DNA from: a virus
Length of the DNA: 64,000 nucleotides
IMG/VR virus record: IMGVR_UViG_3300033141_000124
Span: 32,001 to 96,000 of that record
Strand: one strand, 5' to 3'
A program made the translations under genes and the position numbers. Below are positions 36,965 through 45,544 of this stretch, in pieces; within the stretch, counting starts at the first letter, position 1, and every line of letters begins with the position of its first letter. The notes under the pieces were generated by a model. That model searched no databases. It was not told the origin of the DNA and was given only the letters and a program-made list of their open reading frames with translations.

Positions 36965-39900
36965 CTATGCATACATAGTAACTGCTATTGCAAAAGTTTG
37001 TGTACCGTTCTGAGTAGCATTATCCTTATCTATTACTGACATTTGAAATCCTGTTGTAGTATGGTTTCTAGTTACTGCTTGAAGCATTTTACTACCCATA
37101 CTAAGCATAACAACTGGTTGAACTAAATAGTTTGCACTAGGTCTTGTTTGATTAAAAGTTACTGTATATAATCCGGTTCCTGAGTTATAAGATACTGAAT
37201 TGTTTCCAGTAAAGATAGACTGACCTTGGTTAATTATACCACTAGTACCACATGAGAAATAATCACTTGGTCCTGGGTCAGATACTACTAAGTTTTTAAC
37301 TTCAGTATATTTAACTGTATTAGAATCACTTACATCTTGGAATAATACTAAATCATTTTTATCAGGAACTAAACCTGATGCACTTGTTGCAGATTGAATA
37401 ATAGAATCTGTTCCTACGTAATCTACAGCTATATTAGTTGCATTAGCTTGTAAACCTGCTCCCGCTCCTACATTAAGTGTTAATGATCCCGTAGTTCCAC
37501 CACCTGCTTCTGAACATCCAGTTCCTGCAGTTAGACTTGTTACTACTGGTAATGCACTAATAGCTGTTCTCTTAACTGCATTAGTATCACTAGCATCATT
37601 GAATAGTACCTCATCTGATGCATCTGCAGTACCTGCTCCTGGAACTTTTATTAAGTTATCCGCTCCTGTAAACTTAACACCTATAGTAGGGTTAACTGTA
37701 CTAGATCCAGATTCTATTTCTAATGCTTCACCTGCTGTAATAGATGTAACCGTACCCGCTGGAGGTGCTGTTCCTGGAGTAATTGCTGTAATATGTCCAG
37801 TTGCGTTATATGTTATAGATGCAGGATATGCTGCTGTAGCAGCTGTAATAGAATCAGTATGGTTAATTGTAACTGTGTTAGTAGTTTGAGGTCCTGGTCC
37901 TGATGATGTCTCACTAATTACTGATGATAAACCTGTTCCACCAGCAATATCAAAATTCTCATCTGTATTTACTACAGTTGCTGATCCTGAATCTGCTTGT
38001 AATGTAAAGCCATTATAGAATCCAGGCAGTAAATAAATCTGTTGTTTCTTAAGTGTGTTAGAATCTGAAGTATCACTAACCATGACCCAGTCAGTAGTTG
38101 CCACATTTGATTCTGTTGGTTGTGTTAGTATAAGGTTATTAGTACCTACATTATCTACACCTATTGTTATAGTACTACTAGTAGCTGTATCTATAGTAAG
38201 ACCACCCTGTGCAGATGTTTTTGCAGCTACATTTAATGTACTACCTAAATTAATTACTTGTGGATTACTTGAATCTGTTACAGTAAAACTACCTGCAGCC
38301 ATAAATTCTGGTATAGTATTCTTCTTAATAGTATTAGAATCACTTGTATCACTAAACCATATGTAATCTTGATCTGTTGGAGATGCAGTACCTGCTTCTA
38401 ATATAGCATTATCAGTACCAGCGTAATCTATATTAACAGTTGGATTACTTGCTGTACCTGTTACATTTATACCTGTTCCTGCACTAACGGTAGTACTACC
38501 ACCACCTCCAGCTGGAACTTGCCATGTACCATCAGCTCTTAAGAATGTAGTTGATTGATTTGATGCTGATGAGTCTGGAACATATCCTACTACATTACCA
38601 CCACCAAACTTATTTAAACTAAGGTTAAGGTTACTTCCAGAAATACTTCCTGCAAAAGGAGTTGTATTTCCTGTAGTTAATGATAAGTTTAATGTTGTTA
38701 AATTATTAAATGGTAAACTAGATACTAATGATTTCTTTACAGTATTACTATCATTTATATCAGAGAAAAGAATAAAGTCATCAGTAGCTGGTGTGCCTGC
38801 AGTTTGCACTTCTATAAAGTTATTTGTACCGGCTATATCTAAAGCTATTGCTGCAGTATTAGGAGCACCACCTGCTACACTAAAGTCTAAACCAGCTTGT
38901 CCCACAAAGTTTATAATTTCTCCACCAGTTATTTGTTGTATTGTACCACCATCTCCTTGAATACCAAAACTATCTGATCTAAGAATATCTTGAATAAGTG
39001 CACGTTTTACTGTATTACTATCACTAACATCATTAAATGCTATACTATCTGTAGCAATATTTAATGCTGAAGAAGCTGCTTCTAATATAAAGTTATCAGC
39101 CCCAACATAATCTACAGCTACTGTAGTTGTTGGTCCTGATCCATTTGTTACTGTAATACCTGGGCCTTCTTGTATTGTAGATATTGTACCAGTTCCTGCA
39201 GCAATCCAATTAGTACCACTACCAGTAGAACTTAATACTTGTCCAGCATTACCAATGTCATTACTACTATCATAGTATCCGCCAGTTACTCTTATATTAC
39301 CATCAACATGTAATTTTTGTGTTGGTGTTACACCGTTTATACCTACACCACCAGCTTCTATTCTTATTGGTGTACTTGTTGTACCATTGATAGTTTGTAA
39401 AAATTCTAATTTAGAAGCACCTTGACCAGTACCACTTACACCAGTTTGTCTAATTTCATTTTTTATACCTGCTTGACCAACTTCATCAAAAAGCATAATT
39501 TGTGCAGTTATATCACCTGCATCATTATTGTTAGAATCAATTTTTATTACAGTTGGTCTATCTTGAGGATTTTTTATAGATAATGAAGTATGTGCTGTTG
39601 ATTGTTGAGGGAGCCCTATAGCTAAACAATCATCTGAGTTATGCCAAAATAAGTTTGCATCACTAGAGATTGTATCAGTGGCTGACCAGAAAGCAACTCT
39701 TGTTGCTACACCTGTACCTGTTACAAAACTAAGGCTTGATGCTAAGTCTCCAAGTTTAATATATTTATTACTATCAGCTGAATCATCATATATCATTAAT
39801 CTATCAGATACAGTTGCATTTGCTCCAAGGTTATCTAGAGTAAGTATGGTAGTACCAATTACTATATCACTACCTGTAGAAACTACATTTGATCCAAGTA

Positions 39901-40600
39901 AATTACCAGTAGCACTAGCCCCTATACTTTTATAACCTACACTTGTACCATCTGATATAATTAATTGACCAGCTGATCCTGGTGGTAAAGGCTGTTGTAT
40001 ATTTTGAGCATTACCTACCCAGATGTTACCAAATGGAAGAGCTACTACTGGGTCATCATCTGACCATACAACTCTACCATCAGCTAAAGATCTTAGTACT
40101 CTGTTAGCAGCACCTGCTGCTTGACCAGCAGAATCATGAATTTTATTAAACAGTGATGTAGCATTTCCTGTGTCACCTGACGTACCTAATTCAACATTTA
40201 ATTTTAATACACTATTCCTTTCAACCTGTAAGTTTTCATCAACTCTTAAGTTTCCATTGACTATTATTGAATCACCAGTGGCATTCTGGATCATGATACT
40301 ATCCTTTATAGATGTATTCAAAGTAGCACATACACCAGAAGGATCTGAGTACATAGGAATTCTGAACTTTGTTGCAGAACTATCTGGGTCTTGCATTACT
40401 ACACCAAATAATAAATCACATCTGAGGTCACCCCACTTAATAATGAATGGCTCACCTTTAGGATTATAAGCCGCTCCTGTATTGAGAAAACTATTAGAAT
40501 AGATCTTAGCAAATTCAAACCAATCTCTCTTCTTATCTAGTTTTACTTGTTTTTTATTTCTTTTTAGTAGGCCTAATACCTCTTGTAAGTAAACACTCAT
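36965..40600 (-). CDS. Long tail fibre / receptor-binding protein with internal repeats
   Basis: Gly/Ser/Thr-rich 1211 aa; six copies of a D-Y-x-G-x-D-N-x-I ... F-x-D-x-S-D-S-N-T-V-K-K unit; PTQKLHVDGNIRVTG motif. Confidence 0.85.
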   Translation of the reverse strand: MSVYLQEVLGLLKRNKKQVKLDKKRDWFEFAKIYSNSFLNTGAAYNPKGEPFIIKWGDLRCDLLFGVVMQDPDSSATKFRIPMYSDPSGVCATLNTSIKDSIMIQNATGDSIIVNGNLRVDENLQVERNSVLKLNVELGTSGDTGNATSLFNKIHDSAGQAAGAANRVLRSLADGRVVWSDDDPVVALPFGNIWVGNAQNIQQPLPPGSAGQLIISDGTSVGYKSIGASATGNLLGSNVVSTGSDIVIGTTILTLDNLGANATVSDRLMIYDDSADSNKYIKLGDLASSLSFVTGTGVATRVAFWSATDTISSDANLFWHNSDDCLAIGLPQQSTAHTSLSIKNPQDRPTVIKIDSNNNDAGDITAQIMLFDEVGQAGIKNEIRQTGVSGTGQGASKLEFLQTINGTTSTPIRIEAGGVGINGVTPTQKLHVDGNIRVTGGYYDSSNDIGNAGQVLSSTGSGTNWIAAGTGTISTIQEGPGITVTNGSGPTTTVAVDYVGADNFILEAASSALNIATDSIAFNDVSDSNTVKRALIQDILRSDSFGIQGDGGTIQQITGGEIINFVGQAGLDFSVAGGAPNTAAIALDIAGTNNFIEVQTAGTPATDDFILFSDINDSNTVKKSLVSSLPFNNLTTLNLSLTTGNTTPFAGSISGSNLNLSLNKFGGGNVVGYVPDSSASNQSTTFLRADGTWQVPAGGGGSTTVSAGTGINVTGTASNPTVNIDYAGTDNAILEAGTASPTDQDYIWFSDTSDSNTIKKNTIPEFMAAGSFTVTDSSNPQVINLGSTLNVAAKTSAQGGLTIDTATSSTITIGVDNVGTNNLILTQPTESNVATTDWVMVSDTSDSNTLKKQQIYLLPGFYNGFTLQADSGSATVVNTDENFDIAGGTGLSSVISETSSGPGPQTTNTVTINHTDSITAATAAYPASITYNATGHITAITPGTAPPAGTVTSITAGEALEIESGSSTVNPTIGVKFTGADNLIKVPGAGTADASDEVLFNDASDTNAVKRTAISALPVVTSLTAGTGCSEAGGGTTGSLTLNVGAGAGLQANATNIAVDYVGTDSIIQSATSASGLVPDKNDLVLFQDVSDSNTVKYTEVKNLVVSDPGPSDYFSCGTSGIINQGQSIFTGNNSVSYNSGTGLYTVTFNQTRPSANYLVQPVVMLSMGSKMLQAVTRNHTTTGFQMSVIDKDNATQNGTQTFAIAVTMYA

Positions 40601-40611
40601 GATTTATTTTT

Positions 40612-40956
40612 TTATAAGTAAAGTGCTGCAAGTTTTATGCTAGCTTGCACTGAACATGTTATTGTTATATTTCCATCAGCATCATTAAAAGCATCAACTT
40701 CAAATGGCCCTAAAAAGCCAATCTCTCCTGCAGCTAAACTTAATACTGCATTTTCTTTTTTTAATGTGCCCAGTAGTGGATCTACTACTGTAGTAACTAC
40801 TGGTACTACTGTAGCTGTCATGGAACCACTGCTTGTATTTTGCACCCAAAAAAATTCTTTTGCTGTATTTTTGAGTTTATCTCCTCCTGAAGCTGGTGTT
40901 ACCGTTGAAGGTTTTATTCCTGCCTGAGTTATTTGTTGTGCTGTTAATTGTGCCAT
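40612..40956 (-). CDS. Putative structural or decoration protein
   Basis: 114 aa, beta-rich. Confidence 0.55.
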   Translation of the reverse strand: MAQLTAQQITQAGIKPSTVTPASGGDKLKNTAKEFFWVQNTSSGSMTATVVPVVTTVVDPLLGTLKKENAVLSLAAGEIGFLGPFEVDAFNDADGNITITCSVQASIKLAALYL

Positions 40957-40967
40957 GATTAAATTTT

Positions 40968-41150
40968 TTAACTATTTCTATATCCATTTTTAAAAGCTGC
41001 TGACTGAACAGGTTCTTTAGCTCTTGTGTCTTTCATTTCACAAACAATACCTGCTTTTGCCAGCCTTTGTCTCTTTGCTACCTTCTTTGCATTTCTTTTT
41101 TGCAATTGCTTTTGATACATAGAGGTAGGATTAAAGTATCCGTTTTCCAT
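40968..41150 (-). CDS. Small basic protein
   Basis: 60 aa, Lys/Arg-rich. Confidence 0.6.
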   Translation of the reverse strand: MENGYFNPTSMYQKQLQKRNAKKVAKRQRLAKAGIVCEMKDTRAKEPVQSAAFKNGYRNS

Positions 41151-41155
41151 AATTT

Positions 41156-41242
41156 CTATTTATTAAGTAAATGTGAACCATCACATAATCCATCAGGATT
41201 AAGAGTGCTTCCACATGTACATTGCTGTCCTTTATTATTCAT
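41156..41242 (-). CDS. 28-aa CDGSH iron-sulfur motif peptide (not in ORF track)
   Basis: MNNKGQQCTCGSTLNPDGLCDGSHLLNK; TAATG overlap with the upstream gene; stop 5 nt before the next ATG. Confidence 0.8.
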   Translation of the reverse strand: MNNKGQQCTCGSTLNPDGLCDGSHLLNK

Positions 41243-41517
41243 TATTTTTTCATTTTTCCTAAAGTTAATGCTAGTCTAGCACGTTGTGCTGTCTTACCAC
41301 TGCCTTTTGCCTTCTCTCTCAGCCAAGATTTTTTAATTGTACCATCAGCTTTCATTGCTCCTGCTCTCTTTGCAGTAGCTTTTAAAGCACCAGGCTTTTT
41401 GATTGCACCTTTAATCCAGTTCTTACCAGATTTTTTAGCACCACCTTTTTTATAGGATACTACACTCTTAGGCATAGTTCCTTTTTTCTTAGCAGGTTTG
41501 ATTCTTTTTGCAGGCAT
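41242..41517 (-). CDS. Lys-rich basic protein
   Basis: YKKGG...NWIKGAIKKPGALK...RARLALTL. Confidence 0.75.
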   Translation of the reverse strand: MPAKRIKPAKKKGTMPKSVVSYKKGGAKKSGKNWIKGAIKKPGALKATAKRAGAMKADGTIKKSWLREKAKGSGKTAQRARLALTLGKMKK

Positions 41518-41519
41518 AA

Positions 41520-41903
41520 CTATTTCTTTTTTCTTCTTCCTTGTGCACTTGATCTATTACCAGAGTAAGACTTTCTACCCATAGCTTTCTCCATTCCTTT
41601 AGATTCTTTTCTACGTGACTTCATAGATTGTTTTTTCTTACCTCTATTTCTCATCCCCATAGACTCATCTAATCTAGCATTGTATCCTTGCTTCTTCTTC
41701 TTTTTAACTGCACCACCTTTTTTCATTTTCATTTCCTTACCTCCCATTGCGTACTCCATGACATCACTTACCATTTCCATACCCATATCTGCAAAGTAAT
41801 CTATTTGCTGACGCTGCATTGATTTAGGACTTACAAATGGATCACCATCTCCACTTGTCATTTTAGGTGCACCACCATGTCCGTATAATTTTTTTGTTCC
41901 CAT
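41520..41903 (-). CDS. Lys/Met-rich basic protein with repeated (Y/M)xxGG motifs
   Basis: YGHGG, YAMGG, MKKGG; QGYNARLDESMG. Confidence 0.75.
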   Translation of the reverse strand: MGTKKLYGHGGAPKMTSGDGDPFVSPKSMQRQQIDYFADMGMEMVSDVMEYAMGGKEMKMKKGGAVKKKKKQGYNARLDESMGMRNRGKKKQSMKSRRKESKGMEKAMGRKSYSGNRSSAQGRRKKK

Positions 41904-41918
41904 GACTTTTAATTTTAT

Positions 41919-42383
41919 TTATTTATTACTAATTGACTTGAATTTTTCAGCTCCTCGTGAACCAAAATATGCTACATAGACAGTAATCAAAAGTGACTTG
42001 AGTAAATCTACCCAGCCAGCATCTATACCAAACTCTATGTTAAAACCATCTAACAAAATAAATATAACTAATGATACAGTTAAAAATATTAATGTCATTG
42101 GTCTTGTGTTTTTACTTAAATATGAATCTGATTGCATGTCTGATGCCCATCTCTTAGACACCTCTTGCATCTCAACCATATCCATTTCTAAAAGCTTTAA
42201 TGCTTTTTCTTTATCTTCTGGTGGTAACACAGCAGGGTCTTCCTTCTCTATAAGAGATTTAACCATACCAAGTACACCAGCATCTGGAAGTAAATCTCCA
42301 GCTACACCTAACAGACTAGGAACTTTCTCAACAAGAAATTTTCCCACTCTAGTGTCTTTAAATTTTTTCTTTCCTTTGCTCAT
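41919..42383 (-). CDS. Holin (GTA 3TM-like)
   Basis: RWASDMQSDSYLSKNTRPMTLIFL...AYFGSRGAEK with transmembrane helices. Confidence 0.8.
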   Translation of the reverse strand: MSKGKKKFKDTRVGKFLVEKVPSLLGVAGDLLPDAGVLGMVKSLIEKEDPAVLPPEDKEKALKLLEMDMVEMQEVSKRWASDMQSDSYLSKNTRPMTLIFLTVSLVIFILLDGFNIEFGIDAGWVDLLKSLLITVYVAYFGSRGAEKFKSISNK

Positions 42384-42385
42384 AA

Positions 42386-42793
42386 TTATTTTTTCTTACT
42401 TGCAGTTACTTTACTTTCACCTTTAGTTACTGTAACATCTGTGTCAGTAACATCTACCTGCATTGGATCATCTTCTTTATCAGATAATTCCTTGATTAGA
42501 CTTTTAATTATTTCTAGTTCTGGCTTCTCTTCTTTTTCTACGGCTCCTACTATATGTTGTAGTATACCTATCATAGCCATTGCTGCAGTAGAAACCAAAC
42601 CAATAACAGCAGTTAAAGCACCACCCTCTAAAAACTGAGAACTGATTACACCTATAATTACTAATACTGTTATGTAATTTATAGCATGTTTACCTAAATG
42701 TTTAGATGCTATTTCTTTAGCTGTACTTTGAGCTTCAATTTTATCAATCTCAATCTTTGCTAATACCTCTTCTTTTAATTTTTCTTTACTCAT
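42386..42793 (-). CDS. Two-TM membrane protein
   Basis: YITVLVIIGVIS and ALTAVIGLVSTAAMAMIGIL. Confidence 0.7.
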   Translation of the reverse strand: MSKEKLKEEVLAKIEIDKIEAQSTAKEIASKHLGKHAINYITVLVIIGVISSQFLEGGALTAVIGLVSTAAMAMIGILQHIVGAVEKEEKPELEIIKSLIKELSDKEDDPMQVDVTDTDVTVTKGESKVTASKKK

Positions 42794-42796
42794 AAC

Positions 42797-43639
42797 TTAA
42801 GGATATATTCTTATTTCTATTCCTGTTCTTATTAATTCACTGTCAGCAAGACTACCTTGAGCTTGCACCCCTAACTGAAACTGTGCAGTAGTAGCACTAA
42901 ATACATTAACCACTACTGTTTGATTTTTTAAATTACCTAATGCAGGTGCAAAAAATACTTTGTTTACATCAGCTAGAGCTGTATCCCAAGTACCTCTATA
43001 CAGTCCTGTATTTATACGTGACCAAGTAATATTATTACCTGTTGTATTTTCTAATACTGTTGCAGTTGGTGCATTTGTTGAATTTTGATTTAACAAAGCA
43101 ACATAGCTTGTATATGGTCTACCACCCGGAGCACTCAAAGTTATTTGATTAGCACTTTGTGCTATATTAATACCTGATCCTTGTACAATACTTCTAAAGT
43201 TAAGAGTCTCTCCAACTTTATCTTTAAACAATCCAAAACCACCACCTACATTGGCTGCCGTATTGGGTTCTCCTTCTGTTGTAATTTCTATATAATTATC
43301 ATCAGAAGATGTAGCAAGAGTAAGGTTGCTGCTTAGGGACTTAAGGGATCTAAAAAATACAGTACAAGTCTCTGTTACTTCAGAAGATTCTGTCTTCTGA
43401 TATACTTGAGCTGTGCCTGCAGCTGGATCAGCTGGAGAATTTGCATGATTACAGTTCTCTGCAGCAACCTTAAAATCTCTCACTTTTATAACCTTAATGC
43501 TTTTATATGGTATTGGTGAAGCAACACCAGTCATATCTGGTTCTTCATTAGTACCTAATATAAGCACATCATCTAGTTCTGCTTTCTTTGCAAAAATAGA
43601 TCTTCTTATTAAACTTAATACGTCAGTTAAAATATTCAT
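42797..43639 (-). CDS. Short tail fibre or spike-like protein
   Basis: N-terminus ILTDVLSLIRR resembles that of the long fibre (YLQEVLGLLKR); repeated FRSL/FRSI units; ANVGGG. Confidence 0.65.
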   Translation of the reverse strand: MNILTDVLSLIRRSIFAKKAELDDVLILGTNEEPDMTGVASPIPYKSIKVIKVRDFKVAAENCNHANSPADPAAGTAQVYQKTESSEVTETCTVFFRSLKSLSSNLTLATSSDDNYIEITTEGEPNTAANVGGGFGLFKDKVGETLNFRSIVQGSGINIAQSANQITLSAPGGRPYTSYVALLNQNSTNAPTATVLENTTGNNITWSRINTGLYRGTWDTALADVNKVFFAPALGNLKNQTVVVNVFSATTAQFQLGVQAQGSLADSELIRTGIEIRIYP

Positions 43640-43824
43640 TATCCACTGTATGTATTATGGGTTCCTCCTCCAAGTTTCTTTTTCTTGCCACCCTTTTTCA
43701 TTTTTGATTTTGACTGACCAAACATTAAATTATCTAACTCTCCTCCAGACATCCTTACTAAAAGTTTTGTCTTTTGTTTAGTCATTTTCTGTTTAGGTAA
43801 ACCCATTTTTTTACTTTTTCCCAT
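43639..43824 (-). CDS. Small Lys-rich protein with xxGG motifs
   Basis: Likely start MGKSKK at 43824; RMSGG, MKKGG, KLGGG. Confidence 0.6.
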   Translation of the reverse strand: MGKSKKMGLPKQKMTKQKTKLLVRMSGGELDNLMFGQSKSKMKKGGKKKKLGGGTHNTYSG

Positions 43825-43921
43825 GGCACTTGTCTTTTTTATCACATATACCTTCTCTACACCAACCTAGGCATACAGTTCCAAAAGTAATCCATTTAAT
43901 AAATACACAAATGTTTCTCAT
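43811..43921 (-). CDS. 36-aa Cys-rich peptide (not in ORF track)
   Basis: MRNICVFIKWITFGTVCLGWCREGICDKKDKCHGKK; ATGA overlap with the upstream stop. Confidence 0.6.
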   Translation of the reverse strand: MRNICVFIKWITFGTVCLGWCREGICDKKDKCHGKK

Positions 43922-44052
43922 CTTCCTTGTCCTTTATACAATTTTTTATAGTTTCTACTACTCTTTACTTTAGATGTTCTTGTTTTAGCATGAATACCTG
44001 GCCTCTTAGCTCTCCTTGGTCTTTCATAACTAGTATTTAAAACTCTAGCCAT
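43918..44052 (-). CDS. 44-aa Arg/Lys-rich protein (not in ORF track)
   Basis: MARVLNTSYERPRRAKRPGIHAKTRTSKVKSSRNYKKLYKGQGR. Confidence 0.75.
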   Translation of the reverse strand: MARVLNTSYERPRRAKRPGIHAKTRTSKVKSSRNYKKLYKGQGR

Positions 44053-44296
44053 TCTTCTTTTTTCTTCCTCTTCTAGGTTTACCTGCTATTGCATCATCTA
44101 TATCTCCAAGTTGATTACCTACTTCTTTAATTGCTCTTCCTACATCTGCTAACTCTTCTGCTGTTAGCTTATATCTCTTTTTTATCTCCTTTAATGTAGC
44201 TACTGCTTTTTCATCTAAAGAAGTTCTTGACCATACTGCTCTCCAATAATCTTGAAGGCTATAAGTCCATAATACATTTACAATTTTTTTAAACAT
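44045..44296 (-). CDS. Hypothetical coiled-coil protein with basic tail
   Basis: 83 aa, ending GKPRRGRKKKNG. Confidence 0.7.
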   Translation of the reverse strand: MFKKIVNVLWTYSLQDYWRAVWSRTSLDEKAVATLKEIKKRYKLTAEELADVGRAIKEVGNQLGDIDDAIAGKPRRGRKKKNG

Positions 44297-44315
44297 AATA
44301 ATCTATTTTGTTATA

Positions 44316-44410
44316 CTATAATAATAATATACAAATTTTGCTGGACTCAATCAAATTTAATAGTATATTTGTTGTTTTGCTGACCCCGGCATATATAAAT
44401 AATATACAAA
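44316..44410 (-). promoter_or_regulatory. Two putative late promoters GTATATT-N5-TATA (44316-44335 and 44391-44410)
   Basis: TTTGTATATTATTATTATAG and TTTGTATATTATTTATATAT upstream of the ATG at 44296. Confidence 0.55.
44364..44371 (+). promoter_or_regulatory. Bacteroidota -7 element TATATTTG upstream of nrdB
   Basis: TAnnTTTG with an upstream TTTG at 44337-44340. Confidence 0.5.
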
Positions 44411-44453
44411 ATTTATTGTAATTAATTAACCTTTAACAGGTCAAATAAAAAAT

Positions 44454-44525
44454 ATGGAAGTATGCTTTTTACTCTTCTATTTTTTTCTTACATTATTAAT
44501 ACTTGCAGCTGCATTTCTTCTATGA
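44454..44525 (+). CDS. Possible 23-aa hydrophobic leader peptide
   Basis: MEVCFLLFYFFLTLLILAAAFLL; its stop lies inside the hairpin at 44508-44533. Confidence 0.35.
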   Translation: MEVCFLLFYFFLTLLILAAAFLL

Positions 44526-44539
44526 GGTGCGGCCTTTTT
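44508..44539 (+). terminator. Terminator-like hairpin upstream of nrdB
   Basis: GCTGCATTTC-TTCTAT-GAGGTGCGGC followed by CTTTTT. Confidence 0.5.
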
Positions 44540-44564
44540 ATACTAATAACTCAATTAAATAATT

Positions 44565-45542
44565 ATGAAAGATATATTCAGACCCAGACTAAACATTTTA
44601 CCTTATGAATATCCACAGCTCTTAGCTTATAAAGATGCCATTAGACATTCTTATTGGATAGATACAGAATTCAATTTTACAGAAGATATACAAGACTTTA
44701 AAGTAACTATCTCTGATGAAGAGCGTGATATAATTAAGAAGACTATGCTTGCAATTGCACAGATAGAAGTAAATGTAAAAACATTTTGGGCTGATATATA
44801 TAAAAGAATGTCTATAACTGAAATAGGTGATGTAGGTATGACCTTTGCAGAATCTGAAGTAAGACATAAAGATGCATATGCTAGACTCCTGAGGATCTTA
44901 GGCTTAGAAAGTGATTTTAAAAAGGTGATTGATGTACCAGCTATCAAAGGTAGAATTAATTACTTACAAAAGTATTTAGATGGATCACGTAGTAGAGATA
45001 ATAAAATGTATACTAAGTCTGTTCTATTGTTCTCTCTATTCATAGAGCATGTTAGTTTGTTTAGCCAGTTCTTAATTATGATGAGCTTTAACAAAGAAAG
45101 AAATGTACTCAAGGGTATATCTAATGTTGTTGAGGCTACCAGTAAAGAAGAAGAAATACATGGCAACTTTGGAGCAGAACTTATTAATATAATCAAGGAA
45201 GAAAACCCTAAATGGTTTGATGAAGACTTTGAAAAGTTGATTCATTCTGCATGTAAAAAAGCATATGAAGCTGAGTGTGGTATACTAGATTGGATATTTG
45301 AGAAAGGGGAATTAGAATTTTTACCAAAGAAAACTATAAAGAATTTTATAAAGAATAGATTTAACAATTCTCTTGAAAAAATTGGGATGCCTGCTTTATT
45401 TATTGTAGATTTGGAAATGCTTGAATCAACAGAGTGGTTTGATATTGAAATCACCGGTACTAAAGAGGGAGACTTCTTCTACAAGAAAAGTGTAGACTAC
45501 AATAAGAAAAGCAAAAGCATAACTGAAGATGATCTATTTTAA
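44565..45542 (+). CDS. nrdB: Ribonucleotide reductase class I beta subunit (subclass Id-like)
   Basis: QIEVNVKTFW, ESEVRHKDAY, IEHVSLFSQF, KEEEIH, DFF. Confidence 0.95.
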   Translation: MKDIFRPRLNILPYEYPQLLAYKDAIRHSYWIDTEFNFTEDIQDFKVTISDEERDIIKKTMLAIAQIEVNVKTFWADIYKRMSITEIGDVGMTFAESEVRHKDAYARLLRILGLESDFKKVIDVPAIKGRINYLQKYLDGSRSRDNKMYTKSVLLFSLFIEHVSLFSQFLIMMSFNKERNVLKGISNVVEATSKEEEIHGNFGAELINIIKEENPKWFDEDFEKLIHSACKKAYEAECGILDWIFEKGELEFLPKKTIKNFIKNRFNNSLEKIGMPALFIVDLEMLESTEWFDIEITGTKEGDFFYKKSVDYNKKSKSITEDDLF

Positions 45543-45544
45543 TT

